A DNA stretch of 62,965 bases, counting the filler, from Perkinsus chesapeaki ATCC PRA-425 (Eukaryota; Protista; Perkinsozoa): NCBI GenBank assembly GCA_013115145.1. It is 7 parts of 7 records of this genome, joined end to end, with 100 filler letters (N's around TTAATTAATTAA, not from the genome) between each part and the next. Parts side by side here need not be neighbours in the genome. Positions count along the whole stretch, not along the records: positions 1 to 24,728 come from JAAPAO010000539.1; 6 more parts are not named here. One strand, given 5' to 3'. The notes beneath the pieces are model-generated. The model had not been told where the DNA came from, did not search any database, and worked only from the letters and a program-made list of their open reading frames with translations. Positions within the stretch are counted from its first letter, which is position 1. The number at the start of each line of letters is the position of its first letter. The position numbers and the translations under genes were made by a program. Shown piece by piece: positions 1 through 10,619 of the stretch.

Positions 1-206
1 CTCGCTTGGGTGCACTGCGCTGCCCCATCCGCCTTCGTGAGAGAGAGTTGGTTGATGACGTAAAACTAAATATATAATGTTCTATTCTTATTATATAAAT
101 TATCACCAAAGGGATCACTTTCACGAGGAGACTAACATAGCATCAAGCCAACCTAGCACACATGAGTCATAGTGGAAGTAGTAGTGGAAGTACTAGGGGA
201 CCTCGC

Positions 207-331
207 AATCGATCGCGTGATCGATTCACGAACTTGAGAGAACGAGTTTTAATCTCTTCGAACGAACATCGACATCCTTGTCGTAAAGTGCTTTCCCGTA
301 TAATGACACATAATCGATCACGTGATCGATT
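207..331. repeat. Two copies of a 20-bp palindrome (AATCGATC[G/A]CGTGATCGATT) at 207-226 and 312-331
   Basis: The 312-331 copy, AATCGATCACGTGATCGATT, is a perfect palindrome. The 207-226 copy differs by one base. The copies are 105 bp apart. Confidence 0.9.
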
Positions 332-381
332 TCAACTTAGTTATTCAGCTCTAATTAATGGCTATTCTCTTTCATTCAAAT

Positions 382-2785
382 TCACGCGCCCCGAAATTGC
401 CTACTTTGTATAGATTCCTCGTCTCTCGGTCCCGCATATCCCAACATGAATTTCTTTTCCTCTTCTTCTCGATCCTCGCCAGAACACAAAGCCTCCAACT
501 TGGAATCCAGATCGAACAGGCGATACATCTCCAACCTACATCCAACCATATACGACACAACCGATGGCAAAGGGAGGTTTGAGAAAACAACGAAGACGGT
601 GACTGCAAAAACGAGCATCATCATCTGCTGTTTGTAAACAACTAGAGACGCTCAGTATTGACCCAATACCATCACCGTCTATTAACTAAGTAAATGCCTC
701 CCTACTGTGCAACCGATGTGCAATATCGATAATCCCGAATTGAGAACCTCCAGTGGCATTGAAAGTATTATTAATTAGTATATCGTAAATAAAAATAACT
801 AAGCTATCTCTCGACCACTCTATCCGGGAGTCGCCAATACGATCAATTGACTATGAATATTTTCCCAATAAAAGATACCAATACACTAAGGAAGCCGCCA
901 TGGAGGCCTCACCAAAATATTCTCGTTCTTTCCGCAGCTGACAGAGGCTTCGGAGGCATCATCGTCTCCATTACCTGAGCAGGCGCAGGTTCGATCCCCA
1001 CCCCCGACATTTTAACTCACACTATAAAACATGCGATTTTCTTCCTCATCCTCAACTACTGATTTCTCCTCGCCTTCCAGACTTTCACTCAAAACGCTCA
1101 TCACATTCAATGTCGATTCATGGTCCACATTAATATGGACACTCTCAACCTGCAATGCAAAAAGCGCGCGCCCTGCTGATCGATTTGCACTCGCAACAGC
1201 TACCCACCTCGACGTCGACTTCGAGTGTAGCGATTTGATCTTCGTCGGCTTCGCTCCGCCTTCCATCACGAGAATCTCCGACAACACGTCTCAGGCCGAA
1301 TCTTAACGGTGTTTCTCCGGTGTGGATAAGTCTCGATACTTGATCGTCACGCGCCACGAAAACCTCCATCGAGAGCAGACTTATACCTGACGAACGATTC
1401 AGTTCCGAGTGGGTGCTAGAAATCTTCTAGGGTGTGTCGCATTCCACAATATATTTAATTAGGAATTGAAAGACTCTGCAGTCTTCTTAGAAGAATCTGC
1501 CATTTCCTTGAAATGTAAAAAAATCAAGGTGGGACTTGCACAGCAACAAGTTGTTGCCAACAACAGCGCTTTATCCGATGCCGATGACGACGGGGACGCG
1601 CTATAGCAGTTCATGCCACCTTGAGAAGGCCAAGTAGGGTATTTTTTTCCCGGGAATAATGCCTCGTGTCCTCGTTTAGCAGTACGACAATGATGCAATC
1701 AGCTCCCTGCGCTACGAATGCATTTTAACAGATCTGTGCGATTGTAATTCAAATACCACTTATAACCGAGTTAACAAATTTTTCAAACTGGGACTTAACA
1801 AAATCGGCCTACCCTTCGAGTCTATGGGGGCATCCGGTATTTCCGGAAATTCTTCCGCGTCTGTCGGCCGTGGACTGGCGTCCGGCACGTGATGCGTTTG
1901 GGTATCCGAATATATCAATAACTGAATCTCAACAGTCATCAATTATGTGGCGCGTGACGGTCTCACCTCCTTTGCGTTGAGCCAGATTCTAGGAGCTCCT
2001 AAGTTGTTATCGGAATGAGCTCCTGCCAGCTTACCGTCCACCCAGCCATGAGGGTGTAATGTTACTGTGGCGTCGGATAGGCAAACTTCGAGATTGATAA
2101 GGATATGCTGGACCAAACGAGTTAGGGCTTCAACGCCTTCGGGGATCTACACATTACAATAAATGAGAGGAAGAATCTAACTGTCACAGTATATAACACT
2201 ATAACTGTCACAGTATATAACACTATAACTGTCACAGTATATAACACTATAACTGTCACAGTATATAACACTATAACTGTCACAGTATATAACACTATTN
2301 NNNNNNNNNNNNNNNNNNNNNNNNNNNNNNNNNNNNNNNNNNNNNNNNNNNNNNNNNNNNNNNNNNNNNNNNNNNNNNNNNNNNNNNNNNNNNNNTGGCA
2401 CAGTATATAACACTATAACTGTCACAGTATATAACACTATAACTGTCACAGTATATAACACTATAACTGTCACAGTATATAACACTATAACTGTCACAGT
2501 ATATAACACTATAACTGTCACAGTATATAACACTATAACTGTCACAGTATATAACACTATAACTGTCACAGTATATAACAATATAACTGTCACAGTATAT
2601 AACACTATAACTGTCACAGTATATAACAATATAACTGTCACATCATATAGCCCTCTTACATGACTTTCTTCAACAGCTTCCATGTATGATCTAGTCGCAT
2701 GCTCCGGGGGCGTGCCATGTCTTGGAGATGCCTCCATCGGACTATTGATGGGAGCTGAGGAATACCACACTGCGACCTCACTCAT
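382..2785 (-). CDS. Multi-exon protein; tentatively ATG2/VPS13-like lipid-transfer fragment; ends uncertain
   Basis: Exons join through GT-AG introns (e.g. 1928-1966, 1339-1386, 975-1020). They give IPEGVEALTRLVQHILINLEVCLSDAT and ATLEVDVE|VESVHINVDHESTLNVMSVL...EDEEENRMFYS. The family call is resemblance by eye only. Confidence 0.4.
2178..2641. repeat. 24-bp minisatellite (CTGTCACAGTATATAACACTATAA)n, interrupted by a 96-N gap
   Basis: Near-perfect 24-bp tandem units are directly visible on both sides of the gap at 2300-2395. Confidence 0.97.
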
Positions 2786-2819
2786 AAGGCCAATCTAATC
2801 CTAATGCTACTCTACTAAC

Positions 2820-2899
2820 GACAGTTTGACCGAGTGGTCCAAGGCGGTGGCTTCAGGCGCCATTGCGAAAGGGCGCGGGTTCGAACCCCGCAGCTGTCA
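2820..2899 (+). tRNA. tRNA-Leu(CAG), long variable arm
   Basis: Cloverleaf: acceptor GACAGTT/AGCTGTC, anticodon arm GTGGC-TTCAGGC-GCCAT, T arm GCGGG-TTCGAAC-CCCGC. There is an A10:C25 mismatch in the D stem. Confidence 0.88.
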
Positions 2900-3126
2900 T
2901 TTACCATCTCCCCAGTAGCTTTTTTACTCGATTTGCCCTACTTCCTTCAAGGTGACGACAGAGTATCGATCACGACCGTTAAACTATCACAAATTTGTAA
3001 TAAAAATTACCCTTTGTTAATTATAAATTTCCAACCGTCTTACTCCACCATATACCCACAACAGATTCACTGAGCGAGTACGCTACGCCCAGACCGGCGG
3101 CTACTCTCTTCCAACAGAGACGCTAT

Positions 3127-4146
3127 TTACCATACTTCAACGCTCCTCTCCAATAACCAAGAGATAGTATTTAGGGACAAGGCAGTCTCCGAGAATGCAA
3201 AAGTGGATATTTTGCGACGGGTACATTTTACGAAACCAATCAGCTGCCTCCTCAATTGACACGCCAGCGCTGCATTTGAGGCCTCCTTCTGAAGATATTC
3301 CCAAAGAGGATGCATAACACGGCTACATGCCTCCCATTTATCTGACACTCTTACGGAAAACATCCGCAAGACGAGATGCATCTCCATGCGGTTTCAGTGC
3401 CAAGAAATAATCTTCAATTCTTGCGCTCCTCAACTCTCACTCTTCCATACTAGTTTCACTCCCCGAAACAAAATTCTCCTACCAGTGGTAGGGGAATTTT
3501 GTTTCGGTAGTGGTAGTGGTAGGCATTCTAGGTTTCATAGTGGTAGGCTACCACTATGAGCCCTCATATAGCGAGATCTGCCTCTTCTCTCCCCTTGCCA
3601 CAATGTGCTCTATCGTCACGCAGCCCTTCCCACTCCTCCCCTGTCCCTACCATGCGCCATATCCCCCACGTCGTTCAACATTGCAAAGTGAATTTCCAAA
3701 CCTTCAAAATAAATCTTGCATCTTTGAGAGAACACATGTTTCCACGGCACCGACAAACGAATCTAATTTGACCAAGGAGCGGTATGAGCGGCTTATACTG
3801 TTCGTATTACTTTTTTAATTGTGCCCTTCACCACGACAAATGGTGCGTTAAGCGAGGATAAAACCTGCAAACGACTGTCACCAACTGCCGCTTCCTTCAG
3901 TTTAAGCTGTACAATTCCCTCACCGATTCTATAGAAAACTAATATTTCAACTTCGGGACACTCACACAGCAACCTGAATTTTGCGTCGCCAAGAGTTATA
4001 GCAGATCCAGTGTATTCCAACAGTGTCCTTATCCAACCACCAGAGTAAACACTTCCCTTCATAGTAGCAAAACCCAACCGAACTCCTGCGAGATCTATCT
4101 CCAAAAACTTCCCCTCCAAGCCGGTGATAATGTCAAGATGTCCCAC
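3127..4146 (-). CDS. Hypothetical multi-exon protein; ends uncertain
   Basis: Protein-like ORFs 3793-4146 and 3127-3387 lie on the same strand, with a GTAAAT donor after ...SVEVW. No recognisable domain. Confidence 0.35.
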
Positions 4147-4379
4147 GTATATTGATAACTATGCAACTAGGTTCAAGTTCTTAGGTCAGTTAATTTTCAC
4201 GAGTAGAGACCAGCAGCGGTTCAGCACTTTGAGATCTTACTCAATCGGTTCGAATGAGGAGGAGCAGGGAAGTTTGCCACCCATTCTATTACAGAATTTA
4301 TGGTGTGTGTTTGCAAATGTATCGTTTCCAGTTTAACTTGACCCTTATAAAGATCTACATCTAGTTGATCAAGGTTGAT

Positions 4380-5878
4380 ATCTTCGTGGACAATAAAGCT
4401 ACCAAAGAGCCTTTTGATGAGGTATCTGAGGGAGAAGAAGGTTTCGATACCATCATATTTATATCTAACATCATCTACTTATACGCTTAACATCAGTTAA
4501 TCATCATTAATAGAGAATTTAATAACCTATTTATATCCTACACTAACAAAACCCTCCACAAGGGATTCGAGCACCCAGAAGAGACCGCCAAGAGCCTTGA
4601 ATTTTACACTAGTGAGGCAGAGCTCAATGAGATAATAGACTTTACAAGCAATAATGATTCTAGGGGAGCATAACTACATCATTAGACACCGAAAAGATGA
4701 ATTTATATATCGGACATAAGTACTTCTCAAACCGGATATAATTCAGACCAGATTCCGGTCGATTATTGATATTCCAAACTGCCTGGCAGCCCAGTGAGAG
4801 ATATTACTTGTAACATCTTTTTAACGTAAAAAATGATAATGCCGATCTAGCATAGTTCATGGTGGATATACAAAACTGGGGTCAAGGGTCAAAAGTCGAC
4901 CTCAAGTAGTATCTTGCGCTCAAGCGTGCACTTCACTATTGGAAAGATATTTGAGCTCTCCTCGGCGTCCTTAGTGCATATCGCCATTCCACTACACTAT
5001 GAAGGGTATTAAGACCATAACAACATACAATTGTCTCGACATCGCTTGTACCGTCTGTGCGTCGATGCGTTAAGGAAATGCAAGTCTTTCAAGATGAGCA
5101 AGATATACTGTTTCCAGAGACGCCCGTATCACGTAGTCTGTTTTGTATGGGAAGGAAGAGGCTTTCTACCGCTCATCGGTCAGTCTCGCCGACATCTAAT
5201 AAACGCTCACGTGGGAGAAGCTACGAGAGAAGTAATACGGGGAAATGCGCCACGAAATTATTTGGGTTTAGGATCGTCGAGATCACGCTCAAGATCATAT
5301 TCCAGGTCTTCAAAGTCATCTCGATCGAGGTCGGCCTCGCGGATGGTAATATGGGATATCTTTGGAAATTACGCACTGGGAAGGTTTTGGGGGGATATAG
5401 AAAGCGGATGGGAAGGGATATCTTTGGAAATTACGCACTGGGAAGGTTTTGGGGGGATATAGAAAGCTGATGGGAAGGGATATCTTTGGAAATTACGCAC
5501 TGGGAAGGTTTTGGGGGGATATAGAGAGCTGGTGGGGAGCGGCCGTCGAGTGAACTGAACTCGGCTAGTACTAAAATAAAATCCTAATGTATTCTTTGTA
5601 AAGAGGGTTATTATATTTCCTGGTCGTTCTCATCGTCACTGCGCCATGAAATTACCTGCCTATATCAGGACAATCGGCGTGGACGTGACTATTATGATGA
5701 TGAAGAATTTGCGGAACTTCGAGAATTCGCAGAACTCGATCGACAGCATCCTATAGGGGGAACTAAAAAGGAACAACGGGAGAGTGAATATAGCGGTAGT
5801 GAGGATGAAAGGAGGAAAGGAAGTGATGATCGGGAAAAAGAGAGAGATGAGGAAGAAGAAGATTACGATGTAATATAA
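4380..5878 (+). CDS. Multi-exon protein with RS-rich and acidic/basic C-terminus; 5' end uncertain
   Basis: The exon RSSRSRSRSYSRSSKSSRSRSASRM follows a 40-nt GT-AG intron (5232-5271). The last exon ...DEERRKGSDDREKERDEEEEDYDVI-type low-complexity run ends at TAA 5876-5878. Confidence 0.4.
5353..5533. repeat. 62-bp tandem repeat, about 3 copies
   Basis: Units start at 5353, 5415 and 5477 (GGGATATCTTTGGAAATTACGCACTGGGAAGG...). Confidence 0.95.
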
Positions 5879-7199
5879 TGAAGAGGGATATAAAGGATGT
5901 TTCAAATCTCCGTGCGCACTTTGGTAAAGCGATTACTTGTCATCGCATCCGAATGTCGAAGACCCTTTACTTACTATACTGTTGAAATACAAGCTTTCAG
6001 TTGGGGCCAATTGTGTAACAACAAGTGTACTGTTTAATGGTAGGATACGCGAAAAGCCGTCGGGAATTTCAGAAGTTCGCAATGCTTTATTCCTTCGCCG
6101 TCGTACGTTTCGTGTGCATACATTTTAATATTGATTACTTGCGGTGAAATTGATGAGTAAATATGATCGCCTTCTGCAAGGGAAAGTATTCATTATCAGT
6201 TATATACTCACTATTATTGGTTAACCTTCTGGTATCGAAGATCCAGCGAGCTATGCCGCGGAGGCGTACTTCAGCTTTCTGCTGCTAGCATGAGCGATAC
6301 TGCCTCCCACCGATTTGAGATCGAGGGCCTCGAAGGATTCGCCTTCACGCTGTTTCCTATCTTTAATTTGTCGATCACATTCAATTAGTCATTTCGGATT
6401 CAAGGATGTTAAAGGTGGCGTGAATCTGAGTAGTGCTGCACCAATGATTCCATAAAACATTGTGCATAATAATCAGTGATAATATAACATATCGTGCAGT
6501 TGTTGGTCTCGGAAACGTCACGAGGGGCAATTCGCAGTTTTTGGAAGTAGTTCCAACGTGGATAAACCAGTGGAAAGTAATGTGGGTGTTATATTAATAT
6601 CATATTTTACCATATACGCTGTACACTTTTGTGAGTCATAGGATTTACCTTGGCGCCGCCCTTCCTAGCTCGTAGTGCTTCTGTAGTGTTCACGAATGAG
6701 CCTCTCCGTTGGTAGGTTGCTCCCCGACAAAGTGATATGAATGAGCTGATGAGAGTGATGGGATTTAAAGGCTTTAATACAACCAAAGTGAGATGGGATG
6801 CTGCTGCTATAGACGTGTACGAATGCTGCGGGCTTCAGGGTCGAGAGAACTCGAAGGTCTCACATCCGGGTGGTAAAAAGATAACGAACTATGACAGACC
6901 GTATCGACAGTAATTCTATCCCTTCCGGTGAGTCGGCGAAGATAGGGGTGCTTTGATAGGTACATGAATAGGCGTGGTGGGTTTAATATGGCGAAGGACG
7001 CTAATGTAATCTGAAAAGTGTCACAAAGAGCGTCTCAATATTTTTACATTTGTTGTGTTGTTATATCTAGGGTTGGTGTGAGTTGAAATTGTGTATAATA
7101 AATATAATTATCAACGGTTACACCTACGCAACTTTATGTACGAAGGGCGTTGAAGTCGTACAGAATTGCTGCATTCCAACAATTGGATGAGTAAATATT

Positions 7200-7271
7200 T
7201 GACCCCGGCCCGATTCGAACGGACAACCTTCTGATCTGGAGTCAGATGCGCTACCGTTGCGCCACAGGGCC
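7200..7271 (-). tRNA. tRNA-Trp(CCA)
   Basis: The reverse complement GGCCCTG...TCTGA-CTCCAGA-TCAGA...GTCCG-TTCGAAT-CGGGC-CGGGGTC-A folds into a 72-nt cloverleaf. Confidence 0.96.
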
Positions 7272-7347
7272 AGTTGACTATCGATGGTTCCCACTAAGAC
7301 TCTACAATCGCATGCTCGATATAGACTTCTTTACTTAACCACTTACA

Positions 7348-9437
7348 ATGCACCATCTCTTCGGCCACCACAATAACCAATCTCCACAGGGTGGCTCGCC
7401 ATACGGGCTGAAGAACGGCGCTGCGGGCTACGGTTTCGGACCGGCACCCCCGACTCAACCGTGAGACGATACCTGATGTCCTTCATGATGCTAAACATCG
7501 CATTTAGATATTACGCAACACCTGGGCATGCAGTTCAGAACGGAGCAAACCAGACTGAGTACTTTGACAGATCATCGTTAGCGGGTTGAGTTCCGTTCTT
7601 CAGAGCACTTCTGCGTTCCCTGCCTGATTCGGCGCTGATCGCAGAGCTTGAGCGCAGAGGGGTTGACCTGCACCACGCTGCCTTGGAGAAAGTTATTAAG
7701 TAGAGTACTCGTCGATAGAGACTTCCGATATCCATTGCTCAAGGTCGAATTACAAGATCGTGCACGAAGTTGGCAAGGGGGCAAGTGGAAGGGTTTACAA
7801 GGTTGACAACAAGATCGAAGGGGGAACGTTTGCGCTTAAGGTGAAGCTCGGACACCAATCCACGACAATGCGCTTACTGGGTGTCCAGAAAGGCTTTTTG
7901 TTCGAGGATGAAATACATTATATCACTGCGCACTGGGTCAAGGAAGGCACCAACTTGTTGTTAGTAGGGAGTATGCTTCGGACGAAAGGATGCGTCTAAG
8001 GTCCGCTCGGGACTGCGTTTAACATTACATGTCCCCTTATTCTCGGTATCGGTGAAAAGTGATCGGGATGACCTGACTGTCTTCTAGGTGGTAGAGAAGA
8101 ACGATAGGATGAATGACGAGGAGTCCATGGGGATTGAGATAGACTGTCTAAAAAAGATGAGACATAAAAACCTCGTTAATCTGTAAGGACGCTCCAATAG
8201 CGATGAAAAATGGGTAAGTCAGGCACGAGCTCTTCGAGACAAAACAGTGCCTCTGGCTTGTTATGGAATACATGCAGGGCGGCCAGGTGAGATCCATTCG
8301 CACTCTGTAGATTTCTGAGTATCACTTTTCTTACTTTCAGATTGCTGATCTTTTCGCCGAGTCGGATCACTTCTCCGAGAGGCTCGCGGCTCTCGCCATC
8401 AAACAAGTAGCAGCTCGTCGCGTCTCCCTAGTGCATCTGCTGTTTGAAAGGTCCTCGCAGGCGTGCACTACATTCACAGTATGGGGGTTGTTCACCGTGA
8501 CTTGAAATTGGAAAACTTACTTCTCTCCGAAAAATCTCAGAAGGCCGAGGTGAAAATCGCCGATTTCGGTCTAAGGTGAAGTACCACTGCACAAGAAGGA
8601 CGTGATAGAGTGCCCGATTGTCAGTTACATTCTTGGTAAGAAGTTCGAGGCTCGAGACAGTATGAAACTCAAAGTAAGATCCTCAATTCCAACGCCTGCA
8701 ACGGTTCATACGAACAATAGTATATCGTAAGCTCTGGAATCTCGATTCTCAAGGCAATTATCGGCGGTGCTTCAGCGAAATAACCTGTAGATCTGCGGCG
8801 GCTCCTACTACTTCCAAATGCCATGCCATCTACATCAAGCTAATAGATATCTCGATCAGCATGATTCGGCCGGGGGACTCTTATCGCTTGTGGGAAGGAA
8901 ATAATTATTTCAGAACTGCACGGAGATCCACGAACCCTTCTGCGGTACTCCACTTTGTATGGCTCCCGAAGTCGCCAGAAAGCGAGCACAGTAGCCCACG
9001 CCTTGATTGGTAAAGATATGGTAGCCTTGATCTTTCAACTAGGTATGGACCGCAAGCCGACATGTGGAGTGTCGGCTGTGTTCTATACGAGCTGCTTAGT
9101 GGACTTGAACCCTTTGACGCTGAAACCGTAAGCATGACGCCCTCCGCTATCGAGAATGATGATTTTCAGGAAGAAGAGTTGTACAGTGCAATTCAAGATG
9201 CTAATCCGTCATTCAGCGATCCTGAGTGGAGAGAGGCTTCTGGTCCTGCAAAGGACCTGACCAAAAAACTGCTAGTATAAGCCCATTATAAAACCCCACA
9301 ACCTTGAGCATTTATGTCAGACTGCCGATCCTGTCAAACGTCTTAGTGCCCGCGAGGCTCTCGAGCACGAATGGTTGCGCGGAGCTGCCTCTGATGAATA
9401 TTTGGAGAGTAAGACAGCCACTGTGCTAGTGGTTTAA
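7348..9437 (+). CDS. Ser/Thr protein kinase, CAMK group, multi-exon
   Basis: Spliced exons give GKGASG (Gly loop), [39 protein letters not shown] and [16 protein letters not shown]. The start and last exon are approximate. Confidence 0.92.
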
Positions 9438-10000
9438 TGAAGCTGGAAATGACGGCTAAAGCGTTTACATGGCAAACTTCGAAAGCCTCTCACCACTGAT
9501 TCTCCGAATAAACTGTATGCAGGGAAATTAGGGCGTTTTGTTGTATTGTTAGGTGCCCATGCGAGCCTACGACGTAGAAGTCTCATCAATGGAGCGCTGT
9601 CATAGACTACTGCTATTCGCATGTGATGTTTTACCAAGCTGATGTAAAATAATTCCGTATTTGAGTTAAACCCAGTGGTACTTAACACATAACATACCGC
9701 AACGCTCGGATACCAGAAGTTTTGGTCCATAACGCAGGAGGGAGCGATAGGCCGTTTGGGTTCGGCAAACCAATGCACAAGCAGTGGAAAACACCGACGA
9801 GCTATCTCACGAGGAAGTTGAAATCTTCCACTATGGGAATGGGAAGAGTGTCCCAATGGGATTCCTAATAACGCGGTGCCACTACAGCCGCTGTAGTACA
9901 GCCGCTTAGCGATGTTGTGCGCCTATATTCGGTTTCAATCTGATGAAGGAACTATGTCCTGGCAATATGTAAATACTGAAGCAGAGCTAATGCTACACAG

Positions 10001-10619
10001 ATGACAGGTCTATCTGATATCGGTCTTTGGAAATATCTCGACTTAACTGCCCTCCAGGAATCTGACTCTCGTGATCTGTTCTCTTACTTAAAGCAATATC
10101 ACTTGGCGACTGGTTCGTGTAAGGAGACGCTGCTAGTTGCCGAAAATTGGTGTGTATGTGAGTTTATAGTCCAACGCCGAAATTGGCTTAGTTAGACTAT
10201 CCATTGTGCGATTCGCACAGTGCGAAAGTTGGTTATTGGCTACTTTTGCTTCAACGAACACAGATGATACACTGTATCAAAGGCTTGATGACATACTTCC
10301 TGGATCATCTATGGAACTTATCAGCAAAGAAGTGAAAACTATGAGATATGGCGCAACTTGCAGGAACCATACTCTTCATGAAAGTAGTCTGAAACGAACT
10401 ATAGTCAACGCCCTACCACCATCAACACAAAGTGCCGCCTATTCCAACGTCCTCAACATCACTCTTAACCAACTTACTGAATGCCATGCAGTTAATGGGC
10501 AACTTCCTTCAAAAAGATCAACCAAAAGAGCGTTAAACCACTCGCCGCTACTACATCATCAACATATACGTCGACTACTCCACAGCCTCAACAACGACCA
10601 ATATCACAGGTGCCTCTAA
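10001..10619 (+). CDS. Hypothetical protein, at least two exons
   Basis: ORFs 10001-10195 and 10206-10619 join in frame through the intron GTATGT...CACAG (10154-10220). Confidence 0.3.
10149..10205 (+). repeat. About 55-bp intron-like segment duplicated at 20473-20527
   Basis: GGTGTGT(AT)GTGAG(T/C)TTATAGTCCAACGCCGAAATT(G/A)GCTTAGTTAGACTATCCATT occurs at both loci. The flanks are dissimilar. Confidence 0.9.

Noticed and set aside
382-624. Stand-alone 80-aa secreted peptide
   Set aside because: It is more simply explained as read-through of exons and introns of the larger minus-strand gene.
1342-1962. MITE defined by the inverted motif pair at 1342-1361 and 1943-1962
   Set aside because: There is no target-site duplication, the interior contains plausible exons, and the same motif occurs singly elsewhere. 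It was treated as a dispersed intronic motif.
2177-2641. VIVLYTVT-repeat protein from ORF 2177-2785
   Set aside because: The frame is open only because the 24-bp unit lacks stops. A donor-like GT at the array start suggests it is intronic.
2852-2858. tRNA at 2820 as a UCA (Sec or opal suppressor) tRNA
   Set aside because: Stem pairing GTGGC/GCCAT places CAG at positions 34-36, and the acceptor stem is a normal 7 bp.
5353-5533. CRISPR-like reading of the 62-bp, 40-bp or 24-bp repeats
   Set aside because: Units are contiguous with no unique spacers, there are no cas genes, and the context is eukaryotic and intron-rich.
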